From: Eledone cirrhosa
Taxonomy: Eukaryota
Direction of reading: 5' to 3'
Length of the DNA stretch: 64,000 bases
Assembly (NCBI GenBank): GCA_964016885.1
Contig: OZ024740.1
Span: forward strand, 107,384,001-107,448,000
The stretch's first letter is position 1; every line of letters begins with the position of its first letter. Positions 40,290 to 54,690 of the stretch are shown here, piece after piece. Both the position numbers and the translations under genes were made by a program. The notes under the pieces are model-generated. The model saw only the letters and a program-made list of their open reading frames with translations. It ran no database searches and had not been told where the DNA came from.

Positions 40290-43000
40290 TGGCTTCTTTC
40301 TGGGATTTCTTACCCAGTGATCATCATCCATGCATATCACATGTCTATACCAATGCAGTCTTCTCTCTGGCACACCACTTCAGGTTCTTTTTAAACCCAG
40401 TTTCTCCTCCAGTTCACCCAAGATCTGTCTTTCTCTCACATTTACATTGCACATCCAATGAATCATGGTTGTTTCATTTCTCTCCAGTCTACTCAGGTCC
40501 TCTGCAGTCACTGCCCATGTTTTACTACCATGTAAGCATTGCACTTGCAAACAGGCATCATACAATCATCCTTTTGTATGTAGGGAAAAACCCTTTCTTG
40601 TCAACAGTGGGAGTAGCTCTCTAAACTTCTTCCATCCTGTCCTTATCCTAGCTATTATGCTATCAGAACACCTTCCTCTGCTGTTAATTAAGTCACCTAG
40701 ATAGCAGAAACTGTCAACCACTTCTGTGGATCCTCCTTGTAATTGGTAAAGGTTTATATTACTGATACTCTTTCTCTCGATTACGCCTATGCATCTTCTA
40801 CATGCAAAGTTTACCATTCCTTTTAGTCTACCTTGTATACCCAAGATTTACATTTTGTACATCATATAGAGTTTATGCCTCCTCCTTTTTTACATATTTA
40901 GCAAGGCCACTTCCCTGAGGGAATCAAGGTCCTATCTTCTTTCCTGTTTACTAGCACTTTAGTTTTAGCTAAGTTTACTCTCAGACCTTTTGATTCCAAA
41001 TTTCATTTTCCATTGTCGGAACTTATTCTGTAGTTCTTTTATGGATTCAGCTATAAGGACCAGGTCATCTACATACAGACGTTCCTATCGACAGCCAATT
41101 TTTAACTCCTCTATTATGGCCTGGAGAACTATGATGAATAGCAGTGGGCTAAGAACCAAACCTTGATGAACTCCTACGTGTACCTTGCATTTCTCACTTA
41201 ACCCACTTCCTACTCTCACTTTACTGACAACTGCTCTGTACATGACTTGCATTAATTTCCTTAAGGATCACCAAATAATAGATCAAGGTCCTCTGTCAAA
41301 GGTCTTTTCTAGATCATCAAAAGCAAAATATAATGGCTTATTCTTGGCTAGGAATGTTTCTTGTAGTTGCCTCACTAAAAAGAGGGCATCTGTAGTACTT
41401 TTCCCAGGCATGAAACCAAACTGCATCACATCTAATTTGACTCTTTCCCAAATTAGCAGTACTATAACTGTCACTTTCAAAACTTGATCCAATAGTTTTA
41501 TTCCTCTACATTTGCTATTTCCAGAGCATCACCTTTGCCTTTGTAGCCATTTATGATTGTACTGCTGCACCAGTCATTGGATATGACTCCATCCTGTATT
41601 ACCTGATTGACTATGAGGGTTCAACCCTACTTGTCATTTGTAACACATTTTTTCCCTAACAACATCCTGATTCACACTGACACACTGTCTTGCAATGTGG
41701 AACAATTCATGTCTCTGATCCGCACGTCTCAAGACATTGGCAAGCTTTCTTTTTTCAGCCTTACTCAGAGCTGTGTATACTTCTCTTAGCTACCTGGTAC
41801 CATTCTCTGCTACCCCTATATTTCTAGTTTTTCCATGCATGTCTCTTAGTTTTAATGGTTCTGTCCACTGTACTGTTCCACCACCTGGTCACCCTCTATC
41901 TGGCTGGCACTTTACTCAAGCCACAAGTTTCAGTAGTTCGCAAAAGGTTGTCACGCAAGAATTCCCAGTTGTCTTCTTCATTATATGTATCTAGTTAGTC
42001 AACCCTCTCATCAAATGTATCCCATAGGGCCTTTCTAAACCTATCATCATCATCATCACCGTTTTACGTCCGTTCTTCCACGCTAGCATGGGTTAGACGG
42101 GTTGTCCTGTTGTGGGCAGTGTCTGGTCGGCTGACCATGCCTTGCTCATACAGGAACTGATTTGGCTTGATTTTTACAGCTGGATGCCCTTCCTAACACA
42201 AACCTCATTTACAGTGAGTGCTGGGTGCTTTTTCGTGGCACCTACACGTCTACTTTACAGTGTGGGCTGGGTGCTTTTTTGCCGTGACACCTCCACGACC
42301 ACCTTGCAGTGGGGGGTGTGGGGGCATATTGTCTATATGCTTCAGCTTGTACCCATGGGAGGTCGGGTACTCTGTATTACTGCGTGACACCAGAGGTCAC
42401 GGTCGTGTGTCATCGCCTTTGAGAGGTGTAATTGGGTACGGTCGGCTTTTATCACCTCATCCCAGGTCATCTTAGGTCTATATTTAACCAAAAGGTCCTT
42501 TAGTTTCCAAACCCTCTATTTCCATGTTTACTAGTGTATCTTGTTTCATCTTGTGTTTATTTTGGTGTCACTAGTAACCAATTTGTGTTGGGCAGCACAT
42601 TCTTCCCCAGGGAAGGCCTAAGCATTTATTACAGTCTTTATTTTGTCTCACAAGTAAATCAATCTAGATTTATGTTCGCCTGATTGGTATGTGATGAGGT
42701 GGCTGGCTAGTTTCCTGAAATGTGTGAATGTGTGTTGCAAATGGTTAATTCATTTGCATCACAGAATTCCAGGAACCCCACTCTCTCTTCATTTCTTGAG
42801 CCATAACCATAGCTGTCGTGAACTCCCGTGAATCTATCTTGATACTGTTCAACATGACCATTAGAGTTGCCTGCCAGAATGATGAGTTCACTTTCATCAG
42901 TAACTGAGGTTGTCTGTAAAATTTCCTCATAGAACAGGTCCTTTTGTTCTTTACTCAGTCCTACCACTATTCTAAGCTGATAATTCTGTCTCTTACTCTA
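40290..43000 (-). mobile_element. Degenerate RTE LINE with a nested SINE (42045-42480)
   Basis: APE (GYGSRNEE), RT ([13 protein letters not shown]), remnant PHD, RIRTGWKKFRELLPLL. Confidence 0.9.
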
Positions 43001-44779
43001 TCACCTTATCTATCCATTTCTCAGCTTGTAAGATGCTTACACCCCCTGCCCCATCGTCATTTCCTACCCAATAAAATTTGCATCTATGTTGTTTGCCTTC
43101 TTGTACATAGCGTACATCCACTTCTCTTACAATTCCACAATTTCAGCTGGGTGGCAGTCCTGAGATTTGTTTTTTTCTGGTTGGATGCCCTTCCTATCAC
43201 CAACCACTTTATAGCATGGGCTGAGTGCATTATTCATGCCGCCAGCACTAGAGAGGTTGTCTTACTAGACTTAAGTTCTTTCCACTCTATCATCATCATT
43301 CATCATTCATTTTACGTCCACTTTTCCCTGCTTGCAAGGGTTGGACGGGAACTGATTCTGGCTTGATTTCTACAGCTGGATGCCCTTCCTAACACCAACC
43401 TCATTTACAGTGAGTGCTGGGTGCTTTTTTGCTGTGGCACCTCCACGACCACTTAGCTGTGGAATGATAGGGACCCCTATCATCTCATTTCTACAGCTGA
43501 GTAAACTGGAGCAATGTGAAATAAAGTGTCTTGCTCAAGGAAACAACACATCACCCGGTCTGAGAATTGAACTCACAACCTTTCGATTGCAAGGCCAATG
43601 CTCTAACCACTAAGCCATGTGCCTCCATTATATCAGTTTTTATTTAGAGCGTTTACTCTCCTAGATGTGTTGCTTTCACTATGGCTTACAGAGTCCACGT
43701 GTGGGCCTGTGCAGCCATTTTTAATCAGTCACTCCCTTCCTAGAGAGGTTGCCTCCAAACGGTTTACGGAGTCCACATCTGCCATTTTTAATTTGGAGTC
43801 ACTGCTCTCTGAGACAGGTTGCCTTCACTACAGCTTATGGAACCAATGTCTTCCTCTTGCAGTAATTCCTATCCAGAGTCACTGCCCTCTTAGACAGGCC
43901 CCTTCCAACTCAAATATCTTAAGAATCCCTCGTTTGTCTTACTAGGTGTTGCTACGGCCCACAGTAATGAATTGACATTTGTCATGTGACATTAGTAATG
44001 TGAGAGGGTATATCTGAAAAGCAACGAACTGGCTGGTCGTGGAAAGGGAGTGGGCAACCCAAGGGTGAAGTTTTCAGCACAGCATTGGGGTGCATCAAAG
44101 TTCAAGGGAAAGGGAGAGCATGGCGCTAGGAGTAATGGAGTTGAACATATCTAAAGCCAGAGCAGAAAACATTTATAAAATAAAATATATAATATATAAT
44201 TGGAATATCTTAACTTATTCACCAGGTGATGTGTTGTTTCCTTGAGCAAGACACTTTATTTCACATTGCTCCAGTTTACTCAGCTGTAGAAATGAGATGA
44301 TAGGGACTGGGGTCCCTATCATTCCACTGCAAAGTGGTCGTGGAGGTGCCACGGCAAAAAAGCACCCAGCACTTACTGTAAATGAGGTTGGTGTTAGGAA
44401 GGGCATCCAGCTGTAGAAATCAAGCCAGAATCAGAATCAGTTCCCGTCCCACCCTTGCAAACAGGGAAAAGTGGACGTAAAATGAAATGATGATGATGAT
44501 GATTCACATTTATATGTTCATAGAACTGTATACTGTTGTGTGTGCTCCCTTACTCTTGGGGGTATCCTGTGTCCATGACATAACTGGTGTCCTTTCAACA
44601 GTTTTGGCATGGTTTCTATTGCTGGATATCATTTCTAACACCAACCACTTTACAGAGTGTACTGGGTGCATTATATCATGGCACCAGCACTAGAGATGTT
44701 ATTATGTCCATGACTTGACTGAAGAGCCCACGCTACTCTATGGTAGGCATGTTATATATATATATATATATATATATAT

Positions 44780-46940
44780 AATCATCATCATCATCGTTTA
44801 ACGTCTATCTTCCACGCTAGCATGGGTTTAGATGGGAATTGTCACACTTGAGGCAAGATTGGTCGTCTCGCTCGTATGGGACTGTCTGGCAGGTTTTCTA
44901 CGTCTGGGTGTCCTTCCTAACCCCAACACGTTTACAGTGTGGACTGGGAGGTTTTTACCGTGTTACCTACACGGCCACATTACAGCGTGGACTGTGTGTT
45001 TTTTTGTTGTGACACCTACACGACCTCATTTATTTAGGACTGGATGTTGTGGTACCAACATAAATTTACAGAGAAAGTGTTGGGGGAGTTGGGGTAGTGG
45101 GATGGGGGTGTATATTTGATTAAGAGGTGCCTACTGACTGTAGGTTTCGCTTTGTACTTAGGCAAGGCGGGTTTTCTGTATTACTGTGTAGCGCCAAAGA
45201 TCTCGGTCCAGTGACGTTGTCTTAGAGAGGTGTAAGTGTGTAAGGTCGGAATTTATCAAATCGTCCCAGGTTTTTCTGGGTCTGCCTACCCCGTAACTTC
45301 CGTCAATTTTGATTGCCCTGCACTTTTTTATACAGCTGTCGTCTCTTTCATGCGCATCACGTGACCATACCAACATAGTCTTCTCTCGAGTAAACAGCAT
45401 CTGATCCCTCTTACACCTAATTTCTTACTTAGTTCATTTATGCTTTGCTGTTCACGTATATTACTATTACACATCCAACGGAGCATGCATGCTTCGTTCC
45501 TCTCCAGTCTGCGCAGATCCTCAGCACACAATGCCCATGTCTCACTGCCATGTAACATTGCTGTTCGTATGCAGGCATCATACAGTCTGCCTTTCATTTT
45601 TAGAGAGAAACCTTTAGTGGCCAATAGTGGTATAAGCTCTCTGAACTTTTTCCATCCCGTTCTGACTCTGGCTACTGTACTTTCTGAGCACCCTCCACTA
45701 CTGCTGATTTTGTCACCCAGGTAACGGAAGGTGTCCACTATTTCTATAGAGCCATCTGGGCAATGTTTGGAATTTCTTCTCTAGTTCAGCCATCGATTCA
45801 GCTATGAGCGTTAGATCATCTGCATAGAGAAGTTCCCATGGGCAGCTGGTCTTGAACTTCTCTGTTATAGCCTGAAGGGCAATAATAAATAGGAGCGGGC
45901 TAAGGACAGAGCTCTGATGAACACCAACTTTTACGCTAAATTCTTCACTATATTCGTTGTTAATTCTAACCTTGCTGACTGTTTCTTTATACACAGCTTA
46001 TATAGCTCTCACAAGCCATTCATCAACCCCTAGTTTTCTAAAGGCCCACCAGATAATGGCGGGGGGGGACTCTGTCAAAGGCTTTCTCCAAGTCAACAAA
46101 AGCTAAGTATAGGGGTTTACTTTTAGCTAGGTACTTCTCCTGTAGTTGTTGTACAAGGAAAAGGGCGTCTGTGGTACTTTTACCTGACACTAACCCAAAC
46201 TGCATTTCCTCTAGATCAATTCGCTCTCTGATTAGTTGCGCTATAACTTTTTCTATGACCTTCATGACCTGGTCAATTAATTTAATGCCTCTATATAGTC
46301 TCCCCTATCTAGGGCATCTTTTTTACCCTTGTAGCAGTTAATGATGATGCTGCTACGCCAGTCATTTGGTATGACCCCGTGCTGTATGACTTGGTTTACT
46401 ATCCGGGTGACCATAGTGTGTCCCTCTGTTCCAGATGCTTTCAGCATTTCAGCAACTATCTCCGAAGGCCCAGCTGCCTTGCCTGTCTTCATATCTTTGA
46501 TTGCCTTACTTATTATACTACCTTCAACTTGCACTGCTGGTCCCTCTATTGGATTGATTTGGGGCAGACTATCTTTGTCCCATTTATTCTCCTCATTTAG
46601 TAGCCTCTCGTAGTGCCACTTCCAAGCTACCTTCTTATCAGCGTCAGTGATGGCAAGTACACCATCATCATTAAGGACACACTTCTCCCCGACAATATCA
46701 CGGTTTTCCTTGAGACATTGCCTAGCAATCCTGAACACACCACGTTTTTGGTCCTCGCTTTGTAGAACATGCTTGAACTTTCTTTCCTCTGCTTCCCTTC
46801 TTGCAAAGTACACTTGTCTCCTAGCTTCCCTCCTGGCTACTTGATAGTGTTCTCTACTTCCCCTATCCTGCCATACTTTCCAAGCCTGCTTTTTGGCCTT
46901 GATTGACTCCTCCACCTTACTGTTCCACCACCAAGTTCTG
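44780..46940 (-). mobile_element. 5'-truncated RTE LINE with intact 3' UTR and tail
   Basis: Highly similar to 15160-17140; YADD present; PHD region deleted. Confidence 0.92.
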
Positions 46941-47344
46941 CCACACCTTCTGTACCGTTCACCGTCGCAGCTCCCACTTTGTCAAGCGATTCTCTCCCAC
47001 ACCCAGCACATTATCTATCAACTCCCTCACCCACTACATATTCCTCCAACTTTCATCTCCTTCACTCTATTTTGATCGCTATGACCACATCACACACTCC
47101 CACCCCTAGTCCTCCCTTGAACTCTGCCACCACCATTTCCTACACGCACACACATACACATTTACTTGCTCCACTTCAGACACAGCCACCATATACTCCA
47201 GACTATACCAACTCGGACCATACTGGATACACAAACCCACCCCATCTATACACACACACACTCATACGTTTACACTAATACATGTAGCCACATTATACAC
47301 ACCAATAACCATGCATCCCTTCCAAACAGTCATACAAACGTACA

Positions 47345-49313
47345 AAGCAGAGACCTCACTCTCCAGTTGGTCCTCTTCGCAATCCCCACACAAGCCAGAT
47401 CATTGACGATCCCATGGAATGCGCAGAACTCATTGCTGAGTGCTATGCAAGTATTTTTACTGTTGAAAACCAGAATGTACCATCTCCACCATCTCTAACA
47501 TCAAATTCCATAACAACTATGGAATTTACACCTGCAATGTTGCGACGTCACCTTAAGAATAAGCGCAACTATGCCTCTCCTGGTCTTGATGGTGTGACAT
47601 ACCTGCTTCTCAAACGTGGCGGGTATTTCCTTTTGCGCCAGCTTTCTTTCTTCTTTCAATACTGTCTCAACAATGGTGCTACTCCGGAGCAGTGGAAAAC
47701 TGCCAGTGTGATTTTCCCCTGTTCAAAAAGGGCAACCGCATGTCACCTGTCAACTATCGTCCAGTCAGTCTTACTAGCTGTATGGCCAAACTGATGGAAT
47801 CCTGTGTCAGAGAAACACTTTGGAACTTCTGGAGCTCTCACAGCCTCATCCAGCCATCACAGTTTGGATTTATCCCTAAATCCAGCTGCTGTGATCAGCT
47901 TATCGAGTTCCTTGAGGACATCACCCGGATCACTGACAGCGGCTCATGGGTGGATGTTGTTTACCTTGACTTTGCTAAGGCTTTTAATTCTGTGCCACAC
48001 AAAAGACTTATGGCAAAACTCTCTGCAATGGGTGTGAGGGATGATCTTTTCGACTGGTTGAAATCCTTCATTCTCAGCCGAAAAGAAGTAGTCACGGTTC
48101 TAGGACAGCATTCTTCACCATATGAGATGTCATCTGGTGTACCACAGGGATCTGTTCTTGGTCCTCTTTTGTTTGTGGCATATATTAATGACATAGATGC
48201 CAACTTACAGAATGCCACGGTACTGAAATATGCAGATGACATCAAGCTGTACCTTGAAATCAAAAGGACTGATCCTGAAATTTACAACTCTTTCCTACAA
48301 TCAGACCTGGACACAATGCAGCAATGGATCACAGACTGGCAACTGAAGCTGGCTGTGGACAAGTGTACCACCATGCATTTTGGAAGAAAAAATCCAGCGT
48401 CCACATACTCCCTCCACAACACTGATATCAAAAAGTCCTCTTGTGAATGTGACCTGGGCATTACTGTCAGCAACGATTTGCGTTGGACAAAGCATGTCTC
48501 TAAGATTGTCAAGAAGGCCGAGGGTGTCTTGGCATCACTCAGCAAGACCTTTGTTAGCCGCTCTCCAGCCATCTATTTAAAGCTGTATACAACTATGGTA
48601 CGACCACACTTGGAATTCGCATCATCAGTCTGGAACCCCTATCTTGCTCAGAACATTGACCTCCTGGAAACTGTTCAGAGACGTGCAACCAAGCGCATAC
48701 CCTCCATCAGACACCTACCATACTCTGAACGCCTTGCTTTCCTGGGCATGGATTCATTGAAGCTCCAACGTCTGGCAATGGACTTGGTGAATACCCACAA
48801 AGTTTTTAACCATCTCGCCAATTGCAACCCTGAGCGCCTCTTTGATCTCCATGTGTCTAACACACGTGGACATGCCTACAAGATCAGAAAACAGCACAGC
48901 TCCCATGACTTTCGTAGACATTTTTTCACGCTCAGAGTTGCTGAAGCATGGAACAAACTGCCTGTGTCAGTTGTTAGCTGCCGAGACACTGCATCCTTTA
49001 AGACACTCATGCTTCTCGAAATACGCCAAAACTACACCTGATGTACCCCTTCCATACACATGCACACATGTGTGTATCATGACTCGTGCACTGTTCATTT
49101 TACTGATGTTTGTGCATTGCCCTATGTACTGTACATGTGACTTTTTTGATGAGTTGTGGTGCACCTGGGCACTGTACACAATATTTCATTATTGTTATTA
49201 TTATTATATCATGACTCATACACTGTTCATTTTCCTGACATTTGTACATTATTCTATGTACTATACATGCACCTTTGATGAGTTGTAGTGCACCTGAGCA
49301 CTGTACACAATAA

Positions 49314-49360
<47 letters not shown>
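47345..49360 (+). mobile_element. 5'-truncated CR1-like LINE with a long open RT ORF, duplicated 3' UTR and (TTA)n tail
   Basis: ORF 47692-49041 (449 aa) with NYRPVSLT, YLDFAKAF, GVPQGSVLGP, YADD; one frameshift near 47715. Confidence 0.95.
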
Positions 49361-49362
<2 letters not shown>

Positions 49363-51045
49363 CACATGCACAAAGACACACAATACAGAAATCCCAAACA
49401 CGGCAACAGCTATGAGTGTGCATATGTGTGCATATATATACAAATATATGTGTCATCATCATCATCGTTTAACGTCCATCTTCCACGCTTGCATGAGTTG
49501 TATGTGTGTATTTGTAAGAACATTTGTTATGTCCAAAACACCAGTTTATAAGTGAAAATGTTTTATGATTAAATCCCTCTAAATTTTGGATTATTTTCAA
49601 AAATCATAGGCAGTGTCTTTCACTAGAAAGAAATATGGTAACAGAATGTTTTAAAATCCATTGTTCATGGTTATATTTATTTAAATTTTGATGTGGCATA
49701 GATTTTAAGTTCAAAGGGGAAACACTTAAAGTTATTAAATCTGCTGATTTTATGCTTGATTTTTACACAAAAGAAAGAAAAAAGTGGAAATGCATGCAAT
49801 TACACATTACAACAGGGATGCTGGTGTTGAGGTAACTCAAAACACTTGCAGCATTACTGTCGTTATTGGTGAGGCTGAGGTGTTGGAATAAACAAGTACC
49901 CTCATGAGCATCACATGATATATTTTTTTTTCTTCTTTCAGACTCATCTTTATTGATTTATTTCTTTTATAAATCAAATAAGTTAGTTAATGTTGTTACT
50001 TCGGTTAGGACTATTGGCAACTACCACTCTAGTGACAGTACCACGAAAATGCATCCGGTACACCTTATAAAGTGGTTGGCGACGGGGAGGACACCCTGAA
50101 ACAATGCCTAAAAGGGTTGAGAGGACCCCTCAGTTGTGTCAATGGCACACCATAAACATACTCAGTACACACTGTAAAGTGGTTAGTGATGGGAAGAGCA
50201 TCCAGCCATAGAAAGCTTTCCAAACAAAGGGTTGGGGGGACCCTTCAGTTGTGTCAAGGACATGACAATCTCCCTAGTGTTGGTGATCTATACGATAACC
50301 ACCCCATTTGCTGCTGGTACTAATTTTTTTCAGTTGTGGGAACTGGAGCAATCATCAGCGTTATCTTGTTTAACATCTGCTTTTCCTACTAGCAAGAGTT
50401 GGATGGGTCTACATAGACCAAGTCAGTACTGAAGCAGAGCTACTGACTGCCCAAGGGGGTTTGCATCTTGCTTATGTATGGTCTTCCGTTCTATTGAGTG
50501 CACAGGAGAGGTTGTCATGTCTTTGACACAACTGAAGGGTCCTGTCAACCCTTTATTTGGCAAGGTTTCTAAGGCTGCATGCCCTTCCTATCACCAACCA
50601 CTTTAAAATGTGTGAAATGAAATGCTTTTCTCAAGGACATAATGTGTCACCTCACATGGGAATAGAACCAATTGTCATGAACCTAATACTCTAATCACTA
50701 GGGTATGTGCCTTCACATATTCATTGTATAACAGGTGGAGTTTTCAGCTGTCTCAAAGACATAACTTCTTTAGTGCTTGTGCCACAATAAATGAACTTGG
50801 TAAAGCAAGAAAACGTATGCAAGTGAGATGCAGGGCTCCAGCTCAAGAGGTCAGTAGCTCCTCTTGAGTACTGCCTCAGAATATGATGACCTGTCCAACC
50901 CTTGCTAGCAGAGAAAACATGTTAAATGATGATGATAAAATACAGTTTTTATTCTCTTGAAACTGTTGTTTTAATTTTAGAAGTAAAATAATTACATTTT
51001 ACAAAATGTATTTATTAAATTCAATATTTACGTTTTTTCTGGCAG

Positions 51046-51134
51046 AAAAATGTTGGTCGTCTGTTCTCTAAGTTTGGAGAAATTCAATCCATAATGGTTA
51101 GAGATGACAACAATACTCCAGGCACTAAAATTTC
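51046..51134 (+). CDS. STK31: STK31-like exon 2 (KNVGRLFSKFGEIQSIMVRDDNNTPGTKI; RRM)
   Basis: ttttttctggcag acceptor, GTAAGT donor; LFSKFGEI is a typical RRM segment. Confidence 0.88.
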
Positions 51135-53685
51135 GTAAGTCATATTTTTTCTAATCTATATATTTGTATTTATTTATTTTTTTATAAACTTAAATTATAA
51201 GTTATTAAAACAGAGATTGAAAAATACTTTATTAGGTTAGAAAATTATATATGCTAAGTGTAGTATGAAATCTTGTTGGTAGATCCTTGATGAAAATCAC
51301 ATCATAATTGGATTGTATAATAAATCCATATGCAATATGTTTGTATAAACAGATTTAATCTCTCTGTGAGAATCTTAAACTTTGCATTACCATAGTTATG
51401 ACTTTCAAACAATTTTTGAAAATGATCAAGAATTTGGAAGGATTAAATAATATATTGGTAGAGGGTCGGATGCAATGCTTTGCAGCATGAAGTTACGGCT
51501 CTTTACAGTCTGTGTTCAAATCCTGCCAAGGTTAACTTTGCCTTTCATCCTTATGAGGTTGATAAAATAAAGCACTAGTAATGCACTGGAATAATTGCTG
51601 GCCTTGTGCCAAAAGTGGAAACAATTATTAAACTGGTGTTTTAGATAAATATAAACACTTTAAAACAGTTTTGTATCATAGAACCAGGGGTGTTTGGAAC
51701 ATAATTTAACAAAGGTTCTTGCATAAAATTATGATGGAAGGTTTTTAGATAAATATAAACACTTTAAAACAAAGTTTTGTATCGTAGAACCAGGGGTGGA
51801 TTCAGTTGGTTTGGCATGAAAATTGGTAAGCTGTGATCATATGGAAGGTTTTTAGATAAATATAAACACTTTAAAACAAAGTTTTGTATCGTAGAACCAG
51901 GGGTGGATTCAGTTGGTTTGGTAAGCTGTGATCATGTCACAGCGATACTAAACAAATGTTTATCATACATAAACTTATCATGTGTCTTAAACCTTTAACA
52001 TTTAAAACGGCCATATCCAGGCAGAATTCTCTCACCTCTTTCTGTTCAAACTGGTTGTAACTTGCCACTAATACTGATGTTAAGATATTGTTCTCAAAAT
52101 AAATAACATCAAAATCTCATAGATTCAATATTATGTGAGATAATTATGTAAGATAAAGCCTTTACCACAAAAATACAATAGTAAATATAAAGCAATGTAA
52201 ATGCTAACATATACCTCTATCACTATATTCCCATCATATTTTAGCCAGATATATAGGACAAAAACAATAGATTATACAATTATTTAGGGATAGACATTGG
52301 CAGAAGTAATTGATTCAAAACTAATTAGCAATGTTGTCAATGAAAGTTTAGTAATATAACTTTCTCATTATTAAGCTTGCATTTGGAACATAAAGGGGCT
52401 TACATAAAATTATGATGGAATGTTTTTAGATAAATATGAATACTTTCAAATCCATTCTACAATACAAAAGTTTGTTTTAAAATGTATATATTTCTCTAAA
52501 AACCTTCTGTTAAAATGTTATGTAAAAACTTTTATTATGTTCTAAACAAAAGCTTAATGAGAATGTTCATGATAATTTTTGAAAATTATTTGAAAATCAT
52601 TAGCAGCATCTTCTCTCTTCGCTCACTTATTCCTGAGAGGGTCGTGGGGACAGGGTCCTCAAACACTCCTAACGGATCCTGTTATAATCAACTGTCTCCA
52701 ACTGATCCAGCTGGATCCCCAAGCAAGACCAGCCAAGCTCATGGATGTTATCCAAAGAGCTTGCTTGGGGTCTACCCTTGGGTCTCCTGCTGGTTGGTTT
52801 TGCCCATAAAATCTGTCCAGCGATTCTTTCCTGAGACAACATGTCCATAGTATCAGAGCTGTGAATTCTCAATTTGGAGTAGTAACAGTTCTGCCTTGAG
52901 TGACTCTCTGATCTCCGAGCTACACACTCTATTGAGTAACATTACTCCAAAGACACTTCGGAGGAACCCCAATTTTGGCTGCTTGTATTCGTGATCATAT
53001 TCTTTTGGTCATTACCTAAAATTCATAACCATAGGTAAGGGTTGGTATGTATTCCAAATTGATGATAGCAAGTTTGGTTCTTACACGTACATCCCTTCTG
53101 ATTACCGAATGCTGAAGCTGGCGCATTACTACACCAGCTCCAGCAATTCTTGCACTTAATTCAGCCTCCTGCCTTCCATCATTTGTGAACATGACCCTGG
53201 TATACTTGAACTTTTTCACCTGCTTTAGTGGCACTCCATCCACATGTAGAGTGCACTGTGCAGGCTTCCTTGAGAAAACTAGTGTCTCAGTTTTCGCAGC
53301 ACTGATTTTCATTCCATCCATGCGTGCAAGTCGGAGATCACTTTCTGTTAAGTTAAGTAAGCCAACTGATTTTACACCCACCAATCATGATACCACTTCC
53401 AATCTGGCTGCGCATGTCAATCAAAATAAAATGAAAGGGTTAAATATTTATATTAAACAGTTTATATTTAAAGCACTAATAGTTGTGTTGTATTCCACAT
53501 CTATATATATATATGTATTATATATTGTGCATAAATAGTTACTATTCTATATAGTTTTTCTATATTTTAATCCTATTTTCTGTATTTCATCATTAATTTT
53601 TAACATTCTCTAATGATTTAGATGAAATTATCTAAAAATTAATTTGTTAATTCAAATGTTTATAGTATCCTATGGTCTTTTGTAG

Positions 53686-53805
53686 TTATGTTCGCTTTTA
53701 TTGTGATGAAGATTCAAAGAAAGCTGTGGATGAATGCAACGGCTGTGATGTTGATGGAAACACTATCGTCGTGAGACGAACAGGAAAAAATGATAAAAGA
53801 CAGAG
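53686..53805 (+). CDS. STK31: STK31-like exon 3 (SYVRFYCDEDSKKAVDECNGCDVDGNTIVVRRTGKNDKRQ; RRM RNP1 and C-terminal half)
   Basis: ttttgtag acceptor, GTGAAT donor, 120 nt, phase 2/2. Confidence 0.88.
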
Positions 53806-54449
53806 GTGAATATAATAAAAATATCAAACTTTCTAATTCTTTTCTGAACTATTAGAAAATATTGGAAAATAGTTGCATAGCATCATCGTCACCATCAACA
53901 TCACTATTCTACATCCATTTTTCTGTGCTTGTATGGGTTGGGTGGGTCTTGTAACAAAAGAAAAAAGAAGCAAGGAATATGTCGGAAAAAAGATGAGGGC
54001 AGAGCCCAGGATACTAAGCTTCACAGGAAAGATGACAAACAACCAAAACAAATTGTATACACATATTGCAAACCTATCCAACCCATATCCAACACATACA
54101 CACTACAGACATCTCCAACCAATATCCAATATATATATACACAGTAGGCACCTCTTAATCCAATATACACCCCATTTCCATCCACTGTAAAGTGGTCGTG
54201 TCAGTGATATGACAAAAAGCACCCAGTCCACGGTGAAACGTGATCATGTAGGAGACATTGTAAAAAGGCTCCCAGTCCACATTGTAAATGTGGTTGGTGT
54301 TAGGAAGGGCATCCAGCCGTAGAAAACCTGCCAGGGACAGTTCTGTACGAGCGAGACACAGTCTCCTGACCAATCTCACCTCAAGTGGAACAAAACAGTC
54401 CAACCCATCCTAGTGTGGAAGATGTTAAACGATGATGATGATGATGTGA

Positions 54450-54690
54450 TGACTACAGACATATCCAACCCATATCCAATATATACATACAGAAGACATC
54501 CCCAATCCATATCCAATATATACATACAGAAGACATCCCCAATCCATATCCAATATATACATACAGAAGATATCCCCAACTCATGTCCAATATATACACA
54601 CAGCAAACCTATCCAACAATATCCAATATATACACACACTGCAAACCTATCTAACCCATGTCCAATATATACACATTGTAGACCTGTCTA
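54450..54690. repeat. ~37-bp minisatellite (ATCCAATATATACATACAGAAGACATCCCCA...)
   Basis: About 6 tandem units; related units at 54070-54170. Confidence 0.8.

Noticed and set aside
43900-44110. Possible HDV-like ribozyme at an RTE 5' end
   Set aside because: Could not assemble the nested double pseudoknot by eye.
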